Shown here: positions 10,255 through 18,319 of the stretch, in pieces
How positions within the stretch are numbered: position 1 is the stretch's first letter
Layout: each line of letters begins with the position of its first letter
From: Deinococcus sp.
GTDB lineage: Bacteria; Deinococcota; Deinococci; Deinococcales; Deinococcaceae
Direction: 5' to 3'
Assembly: GCA_965261005.1 (NCBI GenBank)
Contig: OZ253375.1
Location: 1,024,001 to 1,088,000, forward strand
DNA length: 64,000 bases
The notes under the pieces: model-generated
What the model was told of the DNA's origin: nothing
Database searches by the model: none
Seen by the model: the letters and a program-made list of their open reading frames with translations, nothing else
Position numbers and translations under genes: made by a program

Positions 10255-10748
10255 TTGGATCCTCCTACAACTTCTTCCATTTCTATCTCACGTATTCCAG
10301 TTTTCGTGTTTATGCGGTTCGCAACAATTTTAAACCTTGTTTGTGGTGCGAAGAGCGCCTCTAACTCATTTGGGAAATCAGAGAAGAAATCAACTCGACG
10401 GCCAGTGTGAGAATAAATACTATACTTTACGTTGCCGGGAAATTCGGCTCCGAGCTTAGCTGAAGTGCTTGTGAAAGCATCCTCTGTCACCGTCGCTCCT
10501 AAGCTATAGCGCGAAAGGACGCTCTCTGGTAGCGTTGTTCCATGGAACACATCGCCAATATGCTTGGGAAGTTGGCGGAGTCCAGACTTGACGCATTTAA
10601 TGTAAGCTTCGAGCAAAGTGAGTTGTGTAGGATCTTTGCTTCGCAAAGCTGAATTGAGCAAGTTATAGTCGTTTGAAGTGTAGCCTTTTAAAGCCACTAG
10701 ATCCTCTGTTGGTATGGAATGCAGCTCTGGATGATGAAGTTTTATCAA
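10251..10748 (-). CDS. ADP-ribosyltransferase toxin domain (R-S-E clade), orphan C-terminal tip
   Basis: YT...Y..LN..LR helix, VFHG (normally xxRG), FTSTS, ELEALF (ExE). Confidence 0.85.
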   Translation of the reverse strand: MIKLHHPELHSIPTEDLVALKGYTSNDYNLLNSALRSKDPTQLTLLEAYIKCVKSGLRQLPKHIGDVFHGTTLPESVLSRYSLGATVTEDAFTSTSAKLGAEFPGNVKYSIYSHTGRRVDFFSDFPNELEALFAPQTRFKIVANRINTKTGIREIEMEEVVGGSK

Positions 10749-10764
10749 GTACGCCGCGTCCTCG

Positions 10765-11094
10765 TCAGCAGATGTGCTTCATGCGAACTGTAATTACTGA
10801 GCCAACGTCTCCGAGGACCTTGATTGCTCTTGGATCGCTGCACAAACATTTATACTCGCTCCACTCCGTCTGTTCGAGGAAGCACCACGCTTGGAATTTG
10901 ATGTGCTCGATCAACCAAGGGCGATCTTCTTCAGGTATTTCCTCGTTATTTTCCACAATTGGCTTGGCGTAACGCTCGATTTCCATATCATTCACATCTT
11001 CTTTTTTGTTGAACTGTCTATATAACTTGGCTAGAGTGTGAGCTGTCAACGTATTAAGCCAGAGTCGAGAATCAATGCTCGCCTCCTTCATCAC
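10765..11094 (-). CDS. Hypothetical protein, candidate orphan immunity protein
   Basis: GGAGG RBS; AT-rich; position within toxin/immunity array. Confidence 0.55.
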   Translation of the reverse strand: MMKEASIDSRLWLNTLTAHTLAKLYRQFNKKEDVNDMEIERYAKPIVENNEEIPEEDRPWLIEHIKFQAWCFLEQTEWSEYKCLCSDPRAIKVLGDVGSVITVRMKHIC

Positions 11095-11166
11095 TTCCTC
11101 CCCGAGATGTGTTTCTTAAGCAGGACAATCCAGCTTTCATCAAAGCCTTTAAAATTTTAAATGGTT

Positions 11167-11484
11167 TTAATTGAATATTTCATCAAATACCTTATCAATA
11201 GACAACGACACTTTCGGTAAATCCGAAATATACATTATAAAGCTTTGCAAGTAATCATTCATAACATCTTCAAACAATTCAACTTCCTCATATGTTATGT
11301 CATCATTTTCAAAATACCATTTTCTATTTTCTCTTTCTATTTGTGCTTGCATAATCAATTCTTGTGAGCTAATTTCTCGTGGCTTAACTCCGGCGGCAAT
11401 TAGACGATCAATAGCTGCTTTGAATACGCCGCGAAACAGTCCGACGGCGTCCCCATGTTCTCTGAGAAAACGTTCGGAATTCAC
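11167..11484 (-). CDS. Candidate immunity protein (105 aa, acidic)
   Basis: GTGA overlap with the stop of the upstream toxin tip; paralog at 8206-8507. Confidence 0.7.
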   Translation of the reverse strand: MNSERFLREHGDAVGLFRGVFKAAIDRLIAAGVKPREISSQELIMQAQIERENRKWYFENDDITYEEVELFEDVMNDYLQSFIMYISDLPKVSLSIDKVFDEIFN

Positions 11485-12216
11485 TTCGTACCGCTTGACG
11501 AAGCTTTGGGTAGCCGATTGACGCCCCTTCTCAAAACCTGAATTTTTACTTCTCCACTCTTTATTCCTGCCTCTAGCACGTTGTTTTTAACACTACCCAT
11601 AAACTGCAATAGCCCCCCCTTACCTGCTTCTGGATAAGCGCTTGTTGTAAACTCCCAGCCTGCTAAAACATCAGTATTCCCAGTCGGACGTGGAACTTTT
11701 GCCAAGCTTAACATGCTTCGTGGGATCGCTATTACAATATCTGGATTTCCAGATGTTTCACTATACCATTCGGGTTTTAATTGTGCGCCAAGGCTGGCCA
11801 CACTTGGATTCTCTGTAAGAGCATTGGTCATAAATGCTTCGCGAATATCCCAACCGTTGTCACGCAGTTTATTAAGCGCTGCTCGCGTTGTATATCTATA
11901 TACATACTGATTTACTTTTAAAATGTCATCTAACAATAATTGATATTGCTTACCTGCCATCTTATCGATTTCTAATTGTTTCTGTGTTAATTCTTCTCTA
12001 AGCATCGGCGAGTGACCCTTGTATGTTTTGTCCGCCACTCTGGAGCCAAACTTCTCTACAAGAAAGGCTTGACGCGCTATTGTGATGGGGCGTGTAGGTA
12101 CAGGATATTTCAAACTCAGTTCCAGTAGCCTGTTGACAAACTCAGGCTTGATACTTATCCCATCCATCTCGGCCAATGCGGCACGCACTTTGTTCAGAGG
12201 ATACTTGGTCAGTAGA
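11481..12216 (-). pseudogene. Polymorphic toxin C-terminal domain, 5' end cut by IS
   Basis: Frame open to the IS boundary (LLTKYPLNKVRAA...); basic protein with YVYRY, PRPTGN, WE, AYP, GKGG..QFMG; followed by coupled small acidic gene. Confidence 0.75.
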
Positions 12217-13405
12217 CTGACATGTTGCAGATTTCATAGGGGTTGTCTGGAACGCGGTTTTGGCCCCAAGCTGGGGTGTGAATCCAAAAGAAGCACGTTC
12301 CAGACAACTCTATTCTGACATCCTCAAGAGCTTCGCTCGTAAGCAGCACCGCGACTCGTTGCGCGTCTTCCTCGACTTGCTCCTCGAAGCCAAGGGCCGA
12401 CCATTCCCCAGTCAAGCCACCGTCAAGTCTCCCGCTGCCATCAGCCGGTTTCTCAACCACTACGGCTGGTCCACCCGCTCCCTCGTTCGCGCCCTGCGTC
12501 ACCACGCTCAGCAAACGCTCCTCGACTTCTGGCGCTCAGCTCCCCACCAGCGTCCCCGCCTCGAACTCTTGATCGACCTCACCAGCTTGGAAAAGACCGG
12601 CCACTTTGAGCAGTTGGATGACTGGATGCACGTCTACAACGGCGTCCACGGCGTTCATCTGGTCGTCCTCTACCTCTGCTGTGGTCCGCTCCGCTTGCCC
12701 TGGGCCGTCCAGGTCTGGCGCGGTAAAGGCACCCCCTCACCCGCCGTGCTGGCCCTTAAACTGCTCCGCAGCGTTCCCAAGGGGTTGCTCAGCAGCGGTC
12801 GAAAGGCGCGCGTGCATGCCGACGGCGGCTTCGAGTGTGCCACCTTCATCCACGGTGTCCTCGACGTTGGGTTCGATCTGATCGTGGGCGTGCGCAAAAA
12901 CCGCAAGCTCGCAGATGGCCGCACCGTCGCCGACCTCACCGTGCGTGGCTCGACCGTCACCCCTCAAGGACTGCGTCAGCACATGACCGTCTCTTGGGTT
13001 TGGCTGTACCGCAACACGCAGCCCGAACAGCGTTTCGTGATGTCCAGCTGCAAACTGGGCGGTGTCTACCTGGCCCGTGTAGGCAAACGTCGCTGGAAGA
13101 TCGAGGCGTTCTTCAAAACCATCAAAGGCCGTTTCGGTTTGGAACGCTTTGCCCAGCACAGCAAACAGGGCGCCTTCCGCTTTTGGTGCCTCTCGACCTT
13201 GGCCTTCCTGCTGTGTCACTTGGCCGATCTCGACTTGCCACCACGGCCACCTGGCGAGTGGCCGGATTGGGGTGAACTGGCCAAAGCCCTGCGGCTCACC
13301 CTGCTCGCCGACGTGCGCCGTGCCGCCCTGCTCCTCGAACTCGCCGACCTCGACGCCGCTCAAGACGCCATCCCTACCCACGCTCCTTAAACTGCAATAT
13401 GTCAG
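12217..13405 (+). mobile_element. IS element copy 2 (inverted copy of 2662-3850)
   Basis: Same 1189-bp length, same TIRs and same transposase. Confidence 0.95.
12260..13390 (+). CDS. DDE transposase
   Basis: Identical translation to 2677-3807. Confidence 0.93.
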   Translation: MAPSWGVNPKEARSRQLYSDILKSFARKQHRDSLRVFLDLLLEAKGRPFPSQATVKSPAAISRFLNHYGWSTRSLVRALRHHAQQTLLDFWRSAPHQRPRLELLIDLTSLEKTGHFEQLDDWMHVYNGVHGVHLVVLYLCCGPLRLPWAVQVWRGKGTPSPAVLALKLLRSVPKGLLSSGRKARVHADGGFECATFIHGVLDVGFDLIVGVRKNRKLADGRTVADLTVRGSTVTPQGLRQHMTVSWVWLYRNTQPEQRFVMSSCKLGGVYLARVGKRRWKIEAFFKTIKGRFGLERFAQHSKQGAFRFWCLSTLAFLLCHLADLDLPPRPPGEWPDWGELAKALRLTLLADVRRAALLLELADLDAAQDAIPTHAP

Positions 13406-13416
13406 TTAAAGCTTTT

Positions 13417-14893
13417 GTATTTGATTAGCGAGGTGGTAGGGAGAGAGAGTGTCTTGTAGGGTAAGCGGGATGAGCGGCGAGGCGACCCCCAGCGTGACCG
13501 AACTCCTGGAGTTGGTGCGTACCCTCACCGCTCGCATCGAACGCCTCGAAGCCGAAAATAGACAACTGCACGAAGAAAACGCTCGGCTCAGGAAGCGGAT
13601 CGAAGAGTTGGAGCGTCGCCAGAAGAAGCATGTCGCCCCCTTCAGCCGAGGCACCCCCAAGGCGAACCCTCAGCCGAGTGGACGCCGCGCGGGGCAGGGC
13701 GCGTTCACCTTCCGCGCGCCACCTGAGAACGAGGACATCACCCGTGTCGTGGATGTTCTCCTGCCCGCTCAGTGTCGGTGCGGTGGGGCGCTCGACGCGA
13801 GCCACACCGACCTCGCCACTGTCACGGACCTCCCGGAGCGCCGTCCCCAAGTGACGGCCTACCACCTCGCCGTGGGGCAGTGTCGGCACTGTGGTCGCCG
13901 CGTGCGAGCGACGCACCCGGACGTGCGTGAGGATCAACGAGGGGCCACCGCCCACCGTCTGGGTCCGGAGGTGCTGAGCCTTGCTCACGCGCTGCACTAT
14001 GATCTCGGTGTACCGGTTCGGAAAGTTCCTGAGGTGCTGCGCCTCACCAGCGGGCTGAGGGTGACGCAGGGGGCGCTGACGCAAGACGCGTTGCGACAAA
14101 GCCAAGAGGGCAGCGCGCTGTCAGGCGAGTACCGGCAGTTGCGCGATGACGTGCAACGGCAGCCCTTGGTCCATCAGGACGACACGGGCTGGCGGGTGCA
14201 CGGGGAACAAGCCTGGCTCCAGGTGTTCCGCACACCGGTCTCGGTGGTGTACCAAATTCGCGCGCGGCACACCCACGCCGAGGTGCAGGAGGTGGTGCCG
14301 CAGAACTACGCGGGCGTGTTGTGCGTGGACCGCTTTAGCAGCTACGACCACGCCAGCTTCAAAGACGTAGCACAGCAGAAGTGCATTCACCATGTCATCC
14401 GCTCGTGTGAAGCGGCGCTAGAGGACCAGCACGGCAAGCGAGGACGGGGACGGGACTTTGCGCGGAGCTTGCTCGAAGACTTCCGGGCGGCTTTGATGTT
14501 GCACGCGCGCTTCCAACAGGGAGACTGCACGCTCGACAAGTACCGTCAGCGTGGAGAGGCGCTGCGTTTGAAGATCGAGAAGCGCCTGTTCGCCTCGTGT
14601 CGTTCACGAGAAAACAAACGGCTGGTGCGCGGCATCCGCAAGCATCACCAGCGGGAGAATCTGCTGCGCTTTCTGATGGACCCGAACGTACCGCCGACCA
14701 ACAACGCGGCGGAGCGGGCACTTCGACCGGCGGTGATCGCGCGCAAGGTGTCGCAGTGCAGCAAGTCCTTCGGGGGCAGCGAGGCGTTCGCCATCTTCAA
14801 GTCCATTACGCAAACGGCCCGCCTCGCTGGACTCGATCCCTTCCAAACCCTGCTTGACCACCGACAGCAACAAAACACCCGCTAATCACATAC
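13417..14893 (+). mobile_element. IS66-family element (single-ORF, ISBst12-like)
   Basis: TIRs GTATTTGATTAGCG / CGCTAATCACATAC; 8-bp TSD AAGCTTTT at 13409-13416 and 14894-14901. Confidence 0.93.
13449..14885 (+). CDS. IS66 transposase (start probably ATG 13470)
   Basis: Coiled coil, zinc finger, HQDDTGWRV, VDRFSSY, PPTNNAAERALRPAVIARK. Confidence 0.93.
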   Translation: MSCRVSGMSGEATPSVTELLELVRTLTARIERLEAENRQLHEENARLRKRIEELERRQKKHVAPFSRGTPKANPQPSGRRAGQGAFTFRAPPENEDITRVVDVLLPAQCRCGGALDASHTDLATVTDLPERRPQVTAYHLAVGQCRHCGRRVRATHPDVREDQRGATAHRLGPEVLSLAHALHYDLGVPVRKVPEVLRLTSGLRVTQGALTQDALRQSQEGSALSGEYRQLRDDVQRQPLVHQDDTGWRVHGEQAWLQVFRTPVSVVYQIRARHTHAEVQEVVPQNYAGVLCVDRFSSYDHASFKDVAQQKCIHHVIRSCEAALEDQHGKRGRGRDFARSLLEDFRAALMLHARFQQGDCTLDKYRQRGEALRLKIEKRLFASCRSRENKRLVRGIRKHHQRENLLRFLMDPNVPPTNNAAERALRPAVIARKVSQCSKSFGGSEAFAIFKSITQTARLAGLDPFQTLLDHRQQQNTR

Positions 14894-14917
14894 AAGCTTT
14901 TGTGCTACAACGCCGGT

Positions 14918-15349
14918 GTGTTCACCCCTGAACCCATCCCAGCCGCCCCCCGCGTCGGCGTCGGCGTGTTGATTCGCAATGAGGCCGGCGAGGTTCTGCT
15001 GACCCTGCGCAAGCGCCCCCCGGAAGCTGGCTGCTGGAGCATCGCGGGCGGCAAGGTCGAATTCATGGAAACGCTGGAAGAGACGGCGGTGCGCGAGGCA
15101 TTCGAGGAGACCGGCCTGCACGTCGAACTCGCGGGCCTGCTGTGCGTTACCGACCATCTGGTGCCCGAGGAGGGACAGCACTGGGTCGCCCCCGCCTACC
15201 TGGCTCGCGTCGTCGGGGGACAGCTGTCCAACCCCGAGCCGGACAAAACAGAGGCGGTGCGCTTCTTCCCGCTGGACGCCTTGCCCGAGAACCTCACGCT
15301 CACGGCCCAGAACGCCCTGGCCGCCCTGGGACGAGCAGGCGGGGCGTGA
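14918..15349 (+). CDS. NUDIX hydrolase
   Basis: GGKVEFMETLEETAVREAFEETGL Nudix box. Confidence 0.9.
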   Translation: MFTPEPIPAAPRVGVGVLIRNEAGEVLLTLRKRPPEAGCWSIAGGKVEFMETLEETAVREAFEETGLHVELAGLLCVTDHLVPEEGQHWVAPAYLARVVGGQLSNPEPDKTEAVRFFPLDALPENLTLTAQNALAALGRAGGA

Positions 15350-15736
15350 AGCGCGTCGGGGTCTTTCTGGGCGGCAGCGGCGCCGCGAAGGACGTGTACG
15401 TCAAGGCCGCCCGTGACCTCGGCCATGACCTCGCCGAGCAAAGTTTGACGTTGGTGTACGGCGGGGGCCGCATCGGGCTGATGGGCGTCATCGCCGACGC
15501 AGTCCTCGCTGTTCGAGATGGTGACGTGGACGCAGATCGGCGTGCAGGCCAAGCCCTGCGGCGTGCTGAACGTGGCCGGCTACTACGACCCGCTGCTCGC
15601 TTGGTTGAATCACGCCATCCAGGAAGGGCTAATCCGGGAAGGGCACCGCGATTTGCTGCTGGCCGGGGAAAACGCGAAAACGTTGCTGGAACAATTGGCG
15701 GTCTTGACGCTTTCCGAGATGCCCCAACTCGCTTGA
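15346..15736 (+). pseudogene. LOG family (TIGR00730-like) gene with internal deletion and frameshift
   Basis: VGVFLGG...LVYGGGRIGLMG..ADAVLA jumps near 15509 to LFEMVTWTQIG..KPCGVLNVAGYYDPL in another frame; PGGxGTxxE segment missing. Confidence 0.85.
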
Positions 15737-15770
15737 GCCGTCCCGGCCCCAATGCTCTAGACTCGGGCGC

Positions 15771-16907
15771 GTGAGCGAGGCCCACCACTCCACCCAGCAC
15801 CATTTCTCCGGCGGCGACAAAATTGTGCTGGCCGCCGGCGGCAGCGGGGGGCACATTTTCCCGGCGGTCGCCACGGCGCGCGAGCTGGAAAAGCTCGGCT
15901 TTTCCGCGGTGCTGCTGGGCCAGCGCGGCGGCATGGAGGAGCGCTTGGCGGGCGAGGCAGGGCTGACCTTCGTGGGCGTGTCGGCGGGCAAGCTGGCGCG
16001 GGGCCGGCCCGATCCGCGCGAATTGTGGCGGGCCGCGAGCGGCTTTCGCGAGGCGCGGCGCTACCTGGCACAGGCCAGGCCCGCCGCCGTGATCGGCTAC
16101 GGCGGCTTCGCCAGCTTGCCGGGGGTGCTGGGCGCGCAGAGCCTCGGCATCCCGACCGCGCTACACGAGCAGAACGCCCGCCTGGGCCTGACGCAACGCC
16201 TGGCCCTGAACCGCGCCGGCCTGGTGGCGACCGCCTACCCGGAGGTGCGCGGGCTGCCGGGGGGGCGCGGCGTGCTGGTCGGCATGCCGGTGCGCGAGGA
16301 GGACTTGCCACGCGCGGAGGCGCTGGCGGAATTGGGCTTGCGAGACGGCCCCCTGACCCTCTACGTCACGGGCGGCTCGCAGGGCAGCGCCGCCCTGAAC
16401 GGCGCCGTGCCGGGGGTGCTGCGGCAGGTCTTCGGCGTGGAGGGGCGCTACGGCGAGCGAAGCGTGCAGGTGCTGCACTCGGCCGGCCTCAAGTGGGCGC
16501 GCGAGGTGAGCGCGCGGGTGCGCGACCTGCCTTGGTACCGGGTGAGCGGCTTCGTGAACGCCGTCGCGGCCTGGTCGGTGGCCGACCTCGCGATTACCCG
16601 TGCGGGCACCGGCACCCTGGCGGAGGCGGCCTACCACGGCGTTCCCCTGATCATGGTGCCGCTGCCGAGCAGCGCCGAGAACCACCAGCTCCACAATGCC
16701 CGCGCGGTGGAACAGGTGGGCGCCGGGCGGGTGGTGACGGAAAGCGCGCTGGGGCAGGACTTGGCGCGCGCGGTGCTAGAGTGTTTGGCAAGCGAGGAGC
16801 GCGCCGCCATGCGAGAAAAAGCGCTCACGCGCTCGCCGGCCGGCGCAGCGGCCAAGCTCGCCGGGGCCATTGAAGCGCTGCTGGGCGAACGGAACCAGAA
16901 CCTATGA
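15771..16907 (+). CDS. murG: MurG glycosyltransferase
   Basis: GGSGGHIFPA, HEQN, GGSQGS, RAG motifs. Confidence 0.96.
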   Translation: MSEAHHSTQHHFSGGDKIVLAAGGSGGHIFPAVATARELEKLGFSAVLLGQRGGMEERLAGEAGLTFVGVSAGKLARGRPDPRELWRAASGFREARRYLAQARPAAVIGYGGFASLPGVLGAQSLGIPTALHEQNARLGLTQRLALNRAGLVATAYPEVRGLPGGRGVLVGMPVREEDLPRAEALAELGLRDGPLTLYVTGGSQGSAALNGAVPGVLRQVFGVEGRYGERSVQVLHSAGLKWAREVSARVRDLPWYRVSGFVNAVAAWSVADLAITRAGTGTLAEAAYHGVPLIMVPLPSSAENHQLHNARAVEQVGAGRVVTESALGQDLARAVLECLASEERAAMREKALTRSPAGAAAKLAGAIEALLGERNQNL

Positions 16908-18319
16908 CCGACCCTTCCCCAGACCTGCCCCACGTCCACCTGATGGGCATTGGCGGCATCGGCATCAGCGCCTTGGCGCGGCTGCTGCGCGCGCGCGGCT
17001 ACCAAGTGTCGGGCTGCGACGCCCAGACCTCGGACCTGACGGCGGCGCTGGAGGCCGAGGGCATTCGGGTGTGGCGGGGGCACGACCCGGTTCACTTGGC
17101 GGGGGCGGGCGTGCTGGTCGCCTCGAACGCGGTAGCTGAGGACGAGCCGGAGTTGGCGGCCGCGCGGGCAGCCGGGCTGCCGGTGTGGCGGCGCATGCGG
17201 GTGTTGGACGATTTGATGCGGGGCGGTCCCTCTGTCGGCGTGACCGGTACGCACGGCAAGACCAGCACCACCAGCATGATCGCGGTGGTCCTCGCCGGCG
17301 CGGGCCTGGACCCTTCCGCCTTTGTGGGCGGCTTGGTGCCCGAGTTCGGCGGCAACGCCCGTTTGGGAAAGGGGCCATTCGTCGCCGAGGTGGACGAGTC
17401 AGACCCCGACTTCGAGTTTCTGGAGTGTGACACGGCCGTCTTCACCAACGCCGAGGACGACCACGTCGGCGCGGGCGAGGCGCGCGCCACCTATTGGGCC
17501 AGCGTGGAGCAGCAGCACGCCGCCTTCGCACGCTTCGCGCAGCGGGCGGGACGGGTCCTGTACTGTGCCGACTGGCCGGGCCTGCGGGAACTGGTGGCCG
17601 GCGCGGGAGAGCGGCTGAGCTACGGCTTATCGGACGGCAGCCACTACCAAGCGCGCTTCGTCAAACAGCGGCCTGCGGGCACCAACTTCTCGGTCTTTCG
17701 GCGCGGCCAGGAATTGGGGCGCCTGCACCTCGCGCTGCCGGGCCGGCACAACGTCCTCAACGCTCTGGCGGCGCTGGCGGTGGCCGACTTGTACGGCGCG
17801 GACTTTGGGCGGGCGGCGGCGGCGCTCGCGGCCTTTCGCGGGGTGGGGCGGAGATGGCAACTCATCGGCACGCTGAGAGGCGCCCAGATCGTGGACGACT
17901 ACGCCCACAACCCTGCCAAGGTGGCCGCCGCCCTGGAGGGGGCGCGCCAAAGCGGGCGGCGGGTGCGCGCGGTCTTTCAGCCGCACCGCTACCTGCGCAC
18001 CCAGCAGGTGTGGCCGCGCCTCGCGCAGAGTCTGATGGGCGCGGACGAGGTGCTGCTGCTCGACATCGCCGCCGCCGGCGAGACGCCGATTCCCGGCATT
18101 CACAGCCAACTGATCGAGGACAAGCTGCGCGCGGACGGGCATCAGAACGTCCGCTACTACCCCGAGCGCCAAGACTTGCTGGCCTACCTGCGCGAGACGG
18201 CGGGGGAGAGCGACCTGATCGTGTGCATGGGCGCCGGGGACGTGTGGCGCTTGGCGCGCGACCTGGTTGCCGAAGAAGAGGTTGCTGAAGAAGGGGTTGC
18301 CGAAGGGGAGCCGGCTTGA
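16904..18319 (+). CDS. murC: UDP-N-acetylmuramate-L-alanine ligase
   Basis: GIGGIG, GTHGKTST, DDYAHNP, FQPHRY. Confidence 0.96.
   Translation: MTDPSPDLPHVHLMGIGGIGISALARLLRARGYQVSGCDAQTSDLTAALEAEGIRVWRGHDPVHLAGAGVLVASNAVAEDEPELAAARAAGLPVWRRMRVLDDLMRGGPSVGVTGTHGKTSTTSMIAVVLAGAGLDPSAFVGGLVPEFGGNARLGKGPFVAEVDESDPDFEFLECDTAVFTNAEDDHVGAGEARATYWASVEQQHAAFARFAQRAGRVLYCADWPGLRELVAGAGERLSYGLSDGSHYQARFVKQRPAGTNFSVFRRGQELGRLHLALPGRHNVLNALAALAVADLYGADFGRAAAALAAFRGVGRRWQLIGTLRGAQIVDDYAHNPAKVAAALEGARQSGRRVRAVFQPHRYLRTQQVWPRLAQSLMGADEVLLLDIAAAGETPIPGIHSQLIEDKLRADGHQNVRYYPERQDLLAYLRETAGESDLIVCMGAGDVWRLARDLVAEEEVAEEGVAEGEPA
18266..18310 (+). repeat. 3 x 15-bp tandem repeat in murC 3' end (VAEEE/VAEEG/VAEGE)
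   Basis: gttgccgaagaagag gttgctgaagaaggg gttgccgaaggggag. Confidence 0.8.

Noticed and set aside
2662..13405. Composite transposon inserted as one unit
   Set aside because: Outer flanks TGAA and TTAA do not match, while the inner/outer TTAA pairing and the split toxin gene fit an inversion better; a one-base TSD mutation cannot be strictly excluded
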